A DNA stretch of 64,000 bases from a virus (IMGVR_UViG_3300050821_001198:1-64000); one strand, 5' to 3'; positions 45,494-55,863 are shown, counted from the first letter of the stretch. Translations and numbers: made by a program. Notes: generated from the sequence alone by a model not told the origin.

Positions 45494-48060
45494 TCCTCAT
45501 CCAGTAGTCGATATCTTCGTTTCTTACTAGCCTGCGGAAGCCGGATAACTGTGTCATCCACTCTTGCTTCTTTTGTCCGCACACCTTCAGATTCGCTTTC
45601 ATCGTCGTGGACAGTATCAGTTTTACCCTGGTGTTTCAAGTCTTCTGGGTTCTCGTCTGGCGGGTGACCGTAAGTGAACCATGCCGAGTCACTCGGGTCT
45701 GTGGTTTCATACGAACCGGAGGCAAGCTCATAGGGACTGAAATTCTGACTCCAAGCGTTACTGCAATCGGTCTTATACTGGCGGTGACCCTTATTACCGT
45801 CTAGATGAAGTGTCAAAGGGTGATTCTCGCCGCGATAGTGGTCGGGCTCGGGAATGCCAGCCACTTGATCAATGGGCGGGAAGTTGACAATCTTGCCGTA
45901 CTGCCCGGGATCAATGTTGTACGGGTAGCGAGGGCCACTGTCCTCTAGCTCGAAGTCACCATCGGGGCCATCCTCGACTGAGCCTCCGTAGAAGAGTCCC
46001 GGCCGCCGCTCGTTACTGATGTCGGGTACGGTCCCTGCTGGACCCGGCTGCATCCCTCCACGGGGCGGCGCTCCGCCTCCGGGGGTTGCTCCACCGATGC
46101 CGCCCGGACCAAGCTGTCCTGGGCCACCCGGGGCTCCCATAGCGCCACCGATCCCGCCGGGAGGTCCGGGCATCACGATTGGGCTTCCAGGGCCGCCGTG
46201 GGGTCCCTGACCGCCTCCTGGGGGCATGGGCGGCTGTGTCGGTCCGCCGCCACCCGTTGGCGGGGGCGGAGTGCCACCGTTGCGGCTCGCCTCGACCTCT
46301 GCCTTGAGATCCGGTGGGATCGGGTACCCTGCCGCAGCGAGAGCGTTGTAGGTCTTGACCTTTGCGGCCTGCTGGGCGATGGTCTTCTTCTCCAGGTCTT
46401 CGTTGTACTTGATGACCATTTCGTCAAAATCGATGTTCACACCGATCATCAGATTCTCGTCCGGGATCGGGACGCCCTGCTGACGTAGGGCCTGGAAGAA
46501 CTGACGCTCGGTGGCCTCATCACGGAGGTCCAGCACAGAGAAGTCCAATTCAACGTCAATGAGCTTGTGTCGCTCTTCGACATGCTTGTTACCATCTTCA
46601 TCCTCAACCACAACCTCTTCCATGATCGGCACACGAGTCTCGCCGCGTGTCTCGTAGTCATAGTGACCTTGAGCCTCAGCGACAACCATCGCCCGCTCCT
46701 GGAAGTGCCGCTTCAAGTGGCCTTGGTAGGTGCGAAGAACCTGGTTCATGAACTCAGCTTGCAGTGCGCTCGATGCGTACGGCTGCGAGTTGGCACCGGC
46801 CGAGAGCAGTGACGGGTTGATCCCGAAAATCTGCATCAGTCGCCGCTCGATGCGGTCGAAGTCGTCACCGAGACGTGGCATCTGCTCGCGGCCAAAGACG
46901 TTCGTGATGTCGAGACCCATGTGGTGAACTAAGAGCCGGAAATCGGACGAGAGCGCCACATCCATATCGTCACGGAGAGCGTCAAGCTCGTCGGGAGACG
47001 GGAACCACGGACCCTGACCATCGCCCAGATCGGTAATCCCCATCTTGGCTAGGATCAGGGGAGAGTACAGGCGCTCTGCGATAGCGTCCTGTGAAGCCAG
47101 TAGCTTCTCTTCGTGGATGAGCGTGCGTAGTCCGCGCAGCAACATCGGAGTGCCATGGTCGTCCCACGACGTAAACTTGTTAGCTACCTGCTTGAGCAAC
47201 ACGTCGCTGATCGGGATGTGTTCGTTCTTGCGTAGGTACGGGATCAACTCTGGGAAGTTCATCTCCAGCATCCGGTACTCGCGAGCAGGCTGCTTTGTCT
47301 GTGCTAGCTTCTTGAGGTAATCCGGCGGAACGATCTTCAGCGCACGAGAGCCCAAGAGCGGGAAGTTCTCGATGATGATGTCCTCTGGGTTCAATAGCTC
47401 TTCGCGCTCCCAGATACCTAGTGTGTCATCAAACGACGCGAGCGGGAATGCCTCACCGACTAGGAAGTGCTCGCGACCGAGGCCGACGAAGAACTCCGGG
47501 TAGTTGAGGTCATTGAGGAACAGTTCCTCGTAGAACTTGGTGGCCCGCTTGTCCTTGCACCGGATCTCCATGCCCGACAGAGGGAAGCGGGTGAAGATGT
47601 CGATGAGAATGGGAACTAGGTAGTGAGTCGCGTAGTAGAGCCGCAGCCACTTGTGGAGCTTGTGCCGGTGGCCTTCGTCTGCCATGTTCCAGGGAAGTCC
47701 GGTGATGTCCCAATACTCCAGGGGGTCGTAGAACCGAGGCATAGCCGCGAAGACATCTCCGCCGCCTCCCGTGCCGATGTTGGCGTTCTTCCGCATGCTC
47801 GACGCGGTACGCTGGCGCTTCATCTCTCGGATGATGCGGGTGTTCTGCTGGATGTCGTCGGCCGCACTCTCTGAGTTAGCGGACGTGTCAAGGAATCCGT
47901 AGCGCCTAGACGATCCGGGCTGAGCACCCGCCATCTTGTGGATTGACAGAGCCTCTACCTGGGCTCTAGCGGCGTTGCGAGGTAGTGACACGCCACGAGC
48001 ACGGAGGTTGTCTACCATCGCGTTCAGTTGCTTCGTGTTACGTGCGCTCTGACCTGACAT
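45490..48060 (-). CDS. portal protein with long Gly/Pro-rich linker and C-terminal extension
   Basis: Near terminase; RLYY..H.LV...ID....FP, GEAF, LNP, GTP.L.R, AIAERL..PL; large-myovirus portal pattern. Confidence 0.78.
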   Translation of the reverse strand: MSGQSARNTKQLNAMVDNLRARGVSLPRNAARAQVEALSIHKMAGAQPGSSRRYGFLDTSANSESAADDIQQNTRIIREMKRQRTASSMRKNANIGTGGGGDVFAAMPRFYDPLEYWDITGLPWNMADEGHRHKLHKWLRLYYATHYLVPILIDIFTRFPLSGMEIRCKDKRATKFYEELFLNDLNYPEFFVGLGREHFLVGEAFPLASFDDTLGIWEREELLNPEDIIIENFPLLGSRALKIVPPDYLKKLAQTKQPAREYRMLEMNFPELIPYLRKNEHIPISDVLLKQVANKFTSWDDHGTPMLLRGLRTLIHEEKLLASQDAIAERLYSPLILAKMGITDLGDGQGPWFPSPDELDALRDDMDVALSSDFRLLVHHMGLDITNVFGREQMPRLGDDFDRIERRLMQIFGINPSLLSAGANSQPYASSALQAEFMNQVLRTYQGHLKRHFQERAMVVAEAQGHYDYETRGETRVPIMEEVVVEDEDGNKHVEERHKLIDVELDFSVLDLRDEATERQFFQALRQQGVPIPDENLMIGVNIDFDEMVIKYNEDLEKKTIAQQAAKVKTYNALAAAGYPIPPDLKAEVEASRNGGTPPPPTGGGGPTQPPMPPGGGQGPHGGPGSPIVMPGPPGGIGGAMGAPGGPGQLGPGGIGGATPGGGAPPRGGMQPGPAGTVPDISNERRPGLFYGGSVEDGPDGDFELEDSGPRYPYNIDPGQYGKIVNFPPIDQVAGIPEPDHYRGENHPLTLHLDGNKGHRQYKTDCSNAWSQNFSPYELASGSYETTDPSDSAWFTYGHPPDENPEDLKHQGKTDTVHDDESESEGVRTKEARVDDTVIRLPQASKKRRYRLLDED

Positions 48061-48146
48061 CAGAACTTACTACGGCGTTTGAGCCCGAAAGAGGGTAAGT
48101 TTGTCGCGAGTTTCTCCAAGAAAACCGGGACGGTCAAGAAAAGTCG

Positions 48147-48335
48147 TTACGAGTTTTCGTCCGGGTCGTATCCGTCCTCGGGCTTCCAGGTGTTACAGAC
48201 CAGATCGCCCTCGACGGGGTAATCGCTGTAACCCTTGCAGACGAGAGACTTCTTGTCGAACATTTCACAATTACTGCATGAGTGCTTGCCGTGCGACAAG
48301 CGGAGGTTAGGTGGCGTCTTAGGACTTGAAGGCAC
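48147..48335 (-). CDS. 62-aa HiPIP-like Cys4 protein
   Basis: GTG start; PPNLR...CSNCEMF......C.......EG..VCNTW. Confidence 0.55.
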   Translation of the reverse strand: MPSSPKTPPNLRLSHGKHSCSNCEMFDKKSLVCKGYSDYPVEGDLVCNTWKPEDGYDPDENS

Positions 48336-49590
48336 TGATGGCCGCCTGGAGATCGCTCTCAGGTAGGACACCGTGCTCGGCCCGCAGAGACTCGCGGATT
48401 GGGTTCTTGTCCGGGTCGCCAGACGCGGTATGCTGACCCTCTTCGCACTTGCAGTGCTCGACGTTATACCCACAGTCGGGACACTCATTGCGCTGAAGCT
48501 TCTTCTGACGTGTGAGAATCTCACTCTCGTCATCCGGAGTGGCGTCGTCCTCATACATATCGCCAGAGAAGTTACCGTGCCCGTTGGACTTCTTGGGGAA
48601 TGCCTCGTCCCCCACACCGGACGGCTGCTGACCCTTGTCACCGAACGTGCGTGTCGGATACTGAGTCTGGTTCTTGTCACCGTTGAAACCAGCACCATCA
48701 ACCGAGTCAGTGCCCTTGAGGGTCTCCTGCTCGGTCACGGCGTTTGTCTGCTCCTTGAAGTCTCGTGTGTGGTCCGTAGACCGGCTGATGTCGTGATGCT
48801 CGGTCGGGTGGGGTGAGCCCGCGCCCTCCGTATCAATCGGCTTCAGGTTACCCTCATCATTGAGGGCGTTCGGCTTCCAGTCCTTCTTGTCGATCTTGGG
48901 AGACGGTCCGTGACTCCAAGGGTCACTACCGAACGAGTTGTCGGGTAGCTTCTCGGTCTCTAGGGCCTCCCCTACGACGTTCCACCGTGCCATGACAGGC
49001 GACGGGGGTCCTACAGACTGCGGGGCGGCAGCGGGAGCCTGAGTGACTCCAGGGTGCGTATCGAACTCTGAGAAGTCAGAGCCGCAGTTCGAGCACTGAT
49101 AGTGGTCGCGGTTGCCTAGCTTACCGACAAGCTGGCCAGGAGACTCGCAGGCGGGGCAGTACCCGTACCGTGCCACCTTGTCGCGAAAGGTGCCTCCGGA
49201 AGCGGCTTCCTTATCGATGTCGCCTTCGGAGTCATCATCGTCTGACGACCCTCCGTCTGAAGTACCGCATGTGCAGCCAGCCTTAGGACCGCTCTTCCAC
49301 TTACGACAGTCATCGCAGAATCCACCGGCCGCTAGGACTGAGGTAACTGATGCCTCGACGTTATCAACGTCTCCGCCATACTCAGACACCACGTCAGCGA
49401 CAACCTGCTTGAGATCCATCTCGATGAGATCGAACCGTGCGGCGATCTCGTGCCCGTCACTTCCTTGGAGGAAGCTCCCGAAACGCTGTCGGCAACGTGC
49501 AAGAGCAGCGGCAGTAGCACGCTTGCCCTGATTGGCGGCGTCCGTGTCGTTGGCGAGATCAATGTCGAAGATCGATGCGATGTAGTCCAT
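48319..49590 (-). CDS. acidic head-associated protein with several Zn-ribbon modules
   Basis: CDDC..CTC, CPAC..CSNC, CPDC..CKC; located between portal and terminase. Confidence 0.7.
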   Translation of the reverse strand: MDYIASIFDIDLANDTDAANQGKRATAAALARCRQRFGSFLQGSDGHEIAARFDLIEMDLKQVVADVVSEYGGDVDNVEASVTSVLAAGGFCDDCRKWKSGPKAGCTCGTSDGGSSDDDDSEGDIDKEAASGGTFRDKVARYGYCPACESPGQLVGKLGNRDHYQCSNCGSDFSEFDTHPGVTQAPAAAPQSVGPPSPVMARWNVVGEALETEKLPDNSFGSDPWSHGPSPKIDKKDWKPNALNDEGNLKPIDTEGAGSPHPTEHHDISRSTDHTRDFKEQTNAVTEQETLKGTDSVDGAGFNGDKNQTQYPTRTFGDKGQQPSGVGDEAFPKKSNGHGNFSGDMYEDDATPDDESEILTRQKKLQRNECPDCGYNVEHCKCEEGQHTASGDPDKNPIRESLRAEHGVLPESDLQAAISAFKS

Positions 49591-49763
49591 TAGGGTCTGC
49601 GGAGCGTGGCGACGTACTTGTAGTACGGAGCTAGTTCCGGGTGATACGCCTCAAGCTGATGAACGTGGCCCTGCTGGCACACTACCATAGCTGGAGGATA
49701 CTCGACGCAATGAAAGGGAAAATGTGTCCTGCACTGGCGGCAGTAGACAGTCGTTTGCTCCAT
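49590..49763 (-). CDS. 57-aa Zn-binding protein (not in ORF track)
   Basis: MEQTTVYCRQCRTHF...CQQGH...; TAATG overlaps on both sides. Confidence 0.7.
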   Translation of the reverse strand: MEQTTVYCRQCRTHFPFHCVEYPPAMVVCQQGHVHQLEAYHPELAPYYKYVATLRRP

Positions 49764-50842
49764 TACGAGAAGAGGATATCATCCGGCATTGACTCGTACA
49801 AGTCTGCCTCGGCTGCCGCCTCCTTTGCGATGGTCTGCTTACGGTTAGCATATGCCTCCCGACGAGCACTCTCGACGCGCTCGACCCAAAGCTCTGTGAT
49901 CTTCTCACGGATCTCCGGGCGCGCTGCGGCGACCTTGCTCTCAATGAAACTGGTAGCTAGGCTAGCGGTAAGGCCCTGGTCGGCTAGCGGGCCGCTCTCA
50001 AGCTCAGCGACGAACACAGCGGGTCCCTCGTTGAGCATCTTGTCGAAGTCTGTAGCGTCGGCCTCTTCGATCATGTCCTGGGCAACCTTGTCGAGCCAGC
50101 CCGCGTCTCCCCGCCCAACGTGCTCCTGCTCAACGACCCGCGAGAGGATCGGAGTCGGCGGTGCCATAGGCTCGGCGTCCTCTAGGTAAGCTAGAGCATC
50201 CCTGACCTCTGAAGCCTCATAGGCCGCCTCGGCGCGAATAGTGTCAAGCTCAGTGACCTCTTCAGTGCTGGCGGACCGACGCGAGCCAAGCTCGGTGGCG
50301 ATCTCCTGAATCTCCTGAAGATCCGCGAGGCGAGTCTTGAGTGAAAGACCGTCGCCATCAGCAACTTCAGCTAGCTTCTCACGAAGGAACTCGATCCGGT
50401 CCTCGCTCGACGCCTGCGCCTTGGCGGATGCGACGGCACGAAGCGGCTTCGCGTCAGAAGTAAAGGTGAAATCGTCGGTGACCTCTAGGCGAGCGATGTG
50501 TCCGTTCTCGAAGCGGACAGTAACCTCGTCACTCCAGAGACCCGGCACAACCTGACCCATGATCTTGCCCTTGAGGCCGTTCGGGGTGACAATGTGTGTG
50601 GCAACCTTGGCACTGGAGCCGTGACCGAAGCCACCTAGGCCCTCGGTGTCGCCGTCGTAAGAGGTCTCCTGAGAGCGAATACCAAGTTCTGCCTTGGCGT
50701 GCTCAGTGACTGTCTCTAGGGCCTGTACATCCTGCCCGTTTAGAGCGATCTTGTCGAGGGTCTCGGCAAAGGCGATGACTTGCCCGTTCTCGATGGCGTA
50801 TACTCCGTCATCTCGGAAGGCGTAAGAGATCTTGCGGCTCAT
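49763..50842 (-). CDS. acidic helical head-associated protein (scaffold/internal protein-like)
   Basis: Ala/Glu-rich; position in head module. Confidence 0.65.
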   Translation of the reverse strand: MSRKISYAFRDDGVYAIENGQVIAFAETLDKIALNGQDVQALETVTEHAKAELGIRSQETSYDGDTEGLGGFGHGSSAKVATHIVTPNGLKGKIMGQVVPGLWSDEVTVRFENGHIARLEVTDDFTFTSDAKPLRAVASAKAQASSEDRIEFLREKLAEVADGDGLSLKTRLADLQEIQEIATELGSRRSASTEEVTELDTIRAEAAYEASEVRDALAYLEDAEPMAPPTPILSRVVEQEHVGRGDAGWLDKVAQDMIEEADATDFDKMLNEGPAVFVAELESGPLADQGLTASLATSFIESKVAAARPEIREKITELWVERVESARREAYANRKQTIAKEAAAEADLYESMPDDILFS

Positions 50843-50872
50843 CGTATCTTACTTGTTGCTGGCTCTTAGAAC

Positions 50873-52921
50873 CTAGTACCGATTCCGACGTGTGTATCCC
50901 GGCTTTGCCCCGTAGCTCCGATTGGGAGTCGCCCTGCGGCTGCCCTTACTCTGACCTTCGCGCCCACCAGCCCGCCTGAGGATCTCATTGTGCGCCATGT
51001 TGAGGGTCATCTTCCCTAACGGGTGCCGGTCCTCTCCCAACAGCATGGGGTAGCCCCCGGCAGCCCCGGATCGGAGACCTTCGTCAAGGATGGCGCGAGT
51101 GTCATTCGCTAGCAAGTCGCCAATCAGAGACTCGGTGACCGTCATGATGCAGTCCGCGATATCCTTCGTCTGGCAGTCACCAGTAGTCTGATGCTCAACC
51201 CTCGGGATCTGTCCGGTGGCGATCTTCTGAAGGCGCTTCAACTCTAGAGCCGAATACTGAGCCTCCTTGATATCGAAGGGAGCGTGTACGAGCCCACGGT
51301 AGAGTGCTGTCTTGAAGACCTCGGCGCGATTCCAGTTGACGGACGCCGTTGCCACCTTCTCGTAAATTCGGACCTCTCCGTAGTTCGCCTTCTGACACCG
51401 CTTACGCAGTCCTCCGACGATGGCCGGTGACTGGAACTGGTCGGTCGTGATCTCCTTGGGCCGGAAGATCCCGATGTACTGCATCAATTCCTCCATGACC
51501 TCATCAGGGTCAATGACACCACCGAACTGCTCGGCGGTCCATCGCTTTACTATGTCGAAACAGACGTGTGGCACGCCAGCGTAGTAGTCTATGTGACCAA
51601 GAGCAAATCCAAAACCGGCAGTGGTGGATGACGGGTCAAGGTGGCCGACGTACTGGTACATATAGGACGACTCTCGGAAGTTGGTCTTCATTGGCGTGTA
51701 GCCGGTGACCTTGCCTTCCTCGCTCAAGACCGGCGTGCCCGCATACATAGCGTCAACCTTCTCAGGCATGAGGTAAGCGTCGATAGTCTCAGCCCATTGG
51801 CCTCGGCGCTCGACCTTGAACTTCTCGGGGTTCTCCTGTTCCTCCTGCCGTGCCTGCTCGATAAGCTCGCGATCCTTGCGAGTGTAGAAGTAGGTGCTGT
51901 CCCCCTTACGCCGCTCGGGGTCCCAATCGGGGCTCGCCTGCTGACACTGCTGCGGACCATCGTATTCGGCTTCCTCGTCCCACCAACCCTCATAGAGAGC
52001 CCAGGAAGGGATCTGGATGACAAAGATGTTGTCGTAGAGAGGTACGCCGTCATCGTCCACCGCCATACCGGCCTGGAAGCGCTCGTAGAACTTTCCGACC
52101 TTCGACGCCGGGGACGACTTGATGAACAGCATGGCCTCCTTTCCGAACTGGTCAAGAGATGGCTTCAGGGCCTCATAGCACTCACTGTCAGACTGTGCGG
52201 AGTCACCCTGCATGAAGAACGCGAACTCGTCAAAGTCGGCTACGAGTGTCGCCTGGCCACGGATGGATGCCTGGTTAGCCGGGAGGGCGTTGGCCCGGAG
52301 CATAGCCGTGTCTCGAACCACCTTGCGGCCCTGACGCTTCTCTAGATCGGCACGGCGTAGGTCAGACTGTGTGTTGACGCTGCACTCAAGCTCCTGCGTC
52401 TTCTGGATGTACTTCTGCATCGCCTTACAGGCGTTGATCGTAGACGCAAGGTCTGCGTACTGGAGCTTCTTGGCCTGATCCTGAGCCGTGGCGATGCAAG
52501 ACCAATAGATCTCCTTGGTGCCCTCTTCCGGTAGAGAGAAGTGCTTGCGGGGGTCATCGATCCGCAACACGTCGTACATCGTCTTTGCCATGGCGAGCCC
52601 GGCGAGGTGGCCCTTGGAGGCGCGGCGACCAGCAACCACCACTACCTCTCGGAAGTGACTGTTACCCTTCTCTCGAAGCCGCTTGATCCGCTCCCGGATG
52701 TCAGGCGAGATAACGATTTCGTCACCGCCTCGACCACCAGCAATCCAGTAGTCGAGAACCTTCTCTTCGTACTCGTTCAGTTCCTCTAGGAAAATCAGTT
52801 TGAGTAGGAGCCGCTGCCTCGGATACAGCGGCTTCCCACAGAACTTCTTGCTCTCCGAGAACTCAGCAATCCCGACAGGCTTTGTGTCGAAGTTGGATTG
52901 TAGCTGAGATAGGAAGTCCAC
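50873..52921 (-). CDS. terL: terminase large subunit
   Basis: LYPRQ, GRRASKG Walker A-like, DFDEFAF Walker B, SSP, HLDPS and KDIADC RNase H-like motifs. Confidence 0.88.
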   Translation of the reverse strand: MDFLSQLQSNFDTKPVGIAEFSESKKFCGKPLYPRQRLLLKLIFLEELNEYEEKVLDYWIAGGRGGDEIVISPDIRERIKRLREKGNSHFREVVVVAGRRASKGHLAGLAMAKTMYDVLRIDDPRKHFSLPEEGTKEIYWSCIATAQDQAKKLQYADLASTINACKAMQKYIQKTQELECSVNTQSDLRRADLEKRQGRKVVRDTAMLRANALPANQASIRGQATLVADFDEFAFFMQGDSAQSDSECYEALKPSLDQFGKEAMLFIKSSPASKVGKFYERFQAGMAVDDDGVPLYDNIFVIQIPSWALYEGWWDEEAEYDGPQQCQQASPDWDPERRKGDSTYFYTRKDRELIEQARQEEQENPEKFKVERRGQWAETIDAYLMPEKVDAMYAGTPVLSEEGKVTGYTPMKTNFRESSYMYQYVGHLDPSSTTAGFGFALGHIDYYAGVPHVCFDIVKRWTAEQFGGVIDPDEVMEELMQYIGIFRPKEITTDQFQSPAIVGGLRKRCQKANYGEVRIYEKVATASVNWNRAEVFKTALYRGLVHAPFDIKEAQYSALELKRLQKIATGQIPRVEHQTTGDCQTKDIADCIMTVTESLIGDLLANDTRAILDEGLRSGAAGGYPMLLGEDRHPLGKMTLNMAHNEILRRAGGREGQSKGSRRATPNRSYGAKPGYTRRNRY

Positions 52922-53398
52922 TTAGGACCCCTTGCGCTTCTCTCGTTCGGCCGCGTCACGCTTCTTAGCTGGCGTCGAATCGGCATGTTCCTTCTCGCCC
53001 AGGAAGAACTCACCGCGTGCATGTGCCTTCTGGACCTCCCACTGCTTGCGCTCGTGATCCATGCCGTACTCGGCTCGCTCCGTGCCGCTCATGTGACCAA
53101 CGATCTCGACCACCGGGGGCTCCCCGTTGAGCACGGGTGCCACATCGACCGTCGCCAGGATGCCGCCCTTCGCTAGCAATTCGAGAATCTCGTCACGCAT
53201 CTGCTCCAGGTTCTTGACCGTGCATGCGCGACTCGACCACTTCTGGCTCATCTTGACCATGACGTTGGCCACGAACTTGGCCTCGGTGTCCTGAAGCTCA
53301 GAAGCAAACTCCACAAGCTGTTTGCGGTTCTGAATCTTGTCGTCAGCCACCGGCATCTGATGCACGGGCGGCGGGAGGGTGAAATCTGATGCGCTCAT
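52922..53398 (-). CDS. hypothetical protein upstream of terL
   Basis: Adjacent and co-oriented. Confidence 0.7.
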   Translation of the reverse strand: MSASDFTLPPPVHQMPVADDKIQNRKQLVEFASELQDTEAKFVANVMVKMSQKWSSRACTVKNLEQMRDEILELLAKGGILATVDVAPVLNGEPPVVEIVGHMSGTERAEYGMDHERKQWEVQKAHARGEFFLGEKEHADSTPAKKRDAAEREKRKGS

Positions 53399-53429
53399 CT
53401 TTTCCTTACTTGTCTATACAGATTTACAT

Positions 53430-53463
53430 TCGGAGGGCTCCCGTTTATAGTGGGAGCCCTCCG
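53430..53463. terminator. hairpin CGGAGGGCTCCC...GGGAGCCCTCCG
   Basis: 12-bp perfect inverted repeat downstream of 53479..54069. Confidence 0.75.
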
Positions 53464-53478
53464 TAACGGGGGTTGCGA

Positions 53479-54069
53479 TTAGCCGCGAGGGGCTACGTCG
53501 GTCACGTTGGCCTGAGTGACATCAGTCACGCTCGTACCGACCAGAACATGATCGATGGCAAGCGTGCCGGTGAGCGCCGCAGGAGCGACCGGCGAGACTG
53601 CCGGGGTTCCTTCAACGTTCGTGATGGCACCCGTGGTCTCGTTGACCGCAATGGTGTCGATACGAGGATGCGAACTGGAGGCCGCAGCCAAGGTGGTCGA
53701 TCCACCGACAGACACCGTGGTCACGCCGGTCGAACGGGTCTTGAGGACACCGGACGAGACAGTGATCACGAGATCAGAGCCATCGGCGGTGGCGACGAGG
53801 CCGCTTGACACAACGACGGGAGCGTTCGTAGACGTGAGCGGACCCACAACTAGAAGCTGACCGATTGACGAGTGGTAGGCGACTTCCTTCCACACCGGAT
53901 CTCCACCCTCGACCTCTGCACCGAGATCGACATACGTCGGTCCGGTCTGGTCGTTCGGTGGGTATTGCGTGATGCTGCTGTAGATCTGCGCGAAGGACGC
54001 GACTAGCTGGTTGTCAATCCGGATCTTACTAGATCGGTTGAGGGCAACCACTGGTAGGTATGGGGGCAT
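53479..54069 (-). CDS. probable virion structural protein
   Basis: AA....PRID.I.......GTPA..P.AP pattern; AGGAG RBS; own terminator. Confidence 0.65.
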   Translation of the reverse strand: MPPYLPVVALNRSSKIRIDNQLVASFAQIYSSITQYPPNDQTGPTYVDLGAEVEGGDPVWKEVAYHSSIGQLLVVGPLTSTNAPVVVSSGLVATADGSDLVITVSSGVLKTRSTGVTTVSVGGSTTLAAASSSHPRIDTIAVNETTGAITNVEGTPAVSPVAPAALTGTLAIDHVLVGTSVTDVTQANVTDVAPRG

Positions 54070-54157
54070 GAGTCTCCTGGATTCGTAGGGTAAGGTTCAA
54101 GCCTTATTAGAGAGTCTCGCCTTGAAAGTAGGGTCAATCTCCCCTATAGTGAGGGAG

Positions 54158-54565
54158 ATGGACGAATCGCTTGGTTACTGGCTCTCTGGAATGATTGACA
54201 GTGGTGCCAACTTCATCATTCGACCAAAGGCCGGATGTCGATTCCGATTGCCCTTCCTGATTGAAGATTGGGAGTGCCTCCAGGAAGTCCAAATGCAAAC
54301 CTCGATTGGGAGTTTGTACCCACAGAAGGTTTACGGGGCTACTAGGCCACGCGGCCATTGGGAGATCCAATCGAAGCCAGACTGTGTTGCCCTGACACGG
54401 GTCCTCGACCTCTATCCGTTACGTACACGTAAACAGGATGCCTACATGGTGTGGAAACGGGCGGTGTTCTACTGGACGAGAGATGAGGACTCGGGAGAAC
54501 GGCATGAAGCCCTCTCCTACCTACGCACCCGTCTCCTAGAGGTAACGGCGGGCGATAGGAATTAG
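54158..54565 (+). CDS. single-motif LAGLIDADG homing endonuclease-like protein
   Basis: WLSGMIDSGANF...IGSLY...W.I......L....D.YPLRTRK; promoter TTGAAA-N17-TATAGT at 54122-54150. Confidence 0.75.
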   Translation: MDESLGYWLSGMIDSGANFIIRPKAGCRFRLPFLIEDWECLQEVQMQTSIGSLYPQKVYGATRPRGHWEIQSKPDCVALTRVLDLYPLRTRKQDAYMVWKRAVFYWTRDEDSGERHEALSYLRTRLLEVTAGDRN

Positions 54566-55479
54566 GTCAGGCTGAAGCTGACCCCGTCAAAGGTGATCTG
54601 GACATCCGTCTCTTCATTGGATACCTGACCATTCGTTGCAACGGCATACTGGCCAGCGTCGAGAATGACGGGGGACGCCGGACGGGCACCAACAGGGAGG
54701 GTAAACCCAACCACATCAGACGACGGTACGTTTGGACTCCCGCGAAGCCAGACACGATCCTCGATAACTCGATACGAGGCGGGATAGTAACCTACAGAAT
54801 TAGTCCAACCGTTGGCGAGCGTTACAGAAACCCAACCAGTATCCAATCCCCCTCCAACAATGAACCAGTCGGTTCCGTTAGCGTAGAGCGTGACATATGC
54901 GCCACCGGCACCCAAATCCATACTCGTGCTCAACACCCCATTACCCAAGATCACCCCGCTCGAAGCGGTGATAGCCGTGGGAGAGGTCGCGAAGTCTCCG
55001 CCGTTCCAAATGGAGATAAGCGATCCGGACGTAGGCGTCGGAAGTGTAACGGCGACACCGGCGGTTGAGACCTCGTAGAGGTTACCGTCTGCCGCAGTGA
55101 AGGCAGAAGTCTTGGTAGACACAGTGAGACGCGCAACACCGGCCGCCAACTGTTCAAGGGTAATTCCTGCGCTGTTACTGATCTGCGAGGACGTGATAGT
55201 GTTGTTCGCGATCTGCGCGGCGGTAATCGTGTTGTTCGCGATCAGGGCGGCCGTAATCGTCTCGTCCGCGATCTTGTCGCCCGTAATGGTTGCGGCGGCG
55301 ATCAGCGCGTCAGTGATCGTCTCGTTGACAATCGCCTCGGCGGCGTTTAGCTGTGTTCCCTTACCCGGAGAGTGGTCGTGACCATCCACAAGTGCGAAGT
55401 TGGTGGCTAGCTGGGTGTGGTCGAAATCGTCATCCGAACTAGTCCACGCGGTAAGGCTCATGTTTGGGGTGATGACCAT
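54562..55479 (-). CDS. virion fibre protein with IT..xIA..T repeats
   Basis: HDHSPGKG; 10-aa repeats; C-terminal DTGW..L.NGW...YR...V.LRG...FTLP.G.RP domain. Confidence 0.75.
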   Translation of the reverse strand: MVITPNMSLTAWTSSDDDFDHTQLATNFALVDGHDHSPGKGTQLNAAEAIVNETITDALIAAATITGDKIADETITAALIANNTITAAQIANNTITSSQISNSAGITLEQLAAGVARLTVSTKTSAFTAADGNLYEVSTAGVAVTLPTPTSGSLISIWNGGDFATSPTAITASSGVILGNGVLSTSMDLGAGGAYVTLYANGTDWFIVGGGLDTGWVSVTLANGWTNSVGYYPASYRVIEDRVWLRGSPNVPSSDVVGFTLPVGARPASPVILDAGQYAVATNGQVSNEETDVQITFDGVSFSLT

Positions 55480-55490
55480 GCGCTAATTAC

Positions 55491-55841
55491 CTATGAGTTG
55501 TCGCGAGTTTTCATGTCTTCTAGATGTCGCACAATTTCTAGAATGCTGATCTCTAGGCCCTCGATCCGCTTCAAGACCTCTTCAGAGTGGTCGGAGGACT
55601 TCCCTCCAACATAGGCTAGCGCGGGCTGCGTGATAGCGCTGTAGACCGTCAGCCAGTAGAGCAGCCAGAACCCGTGCGGGTCAGCGTGCGGGAAGAGCAA
55701 CTCGAAGATGACAATGAGTGCCGTGATCAGGAAGGTTTGCCACACTCCCCTGGGCGACATGAACCATTCACTGAAGATGACCAGCGCTCGGTTCGGAAGG
55801 TCCGTGAATAGGAAGTTCTGGATACGCCTGACAGTCTTCAC
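55491..55841 (-). CDS. DUF1003-like membrane protein
   Basis: Two TM helices with DPHGFWLL. Confidence 0.6.
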   Translation of the reverse strand: MKTVRRIQNFLFTDLPNRALVIFSEWFMSPRGVWQTFLITALIVIFELLFPHADPHGFWLLYWLTVYSAITQPALAYVGGKSSDHSEEVLKRIEGLEISILEIVRHLEDMKTRDNS

Positions 55842-55863
55842 GCCCCTTATCGGGGCGGTGACC

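Noticed and set aside
48147-48701. Programmed frameshift joining the 48319 ORF to the HiPIP-like domain
   Set aside because: An in-frame GTG at 48335 explains the domain as an overlapping small gene; no slippery sequence seen
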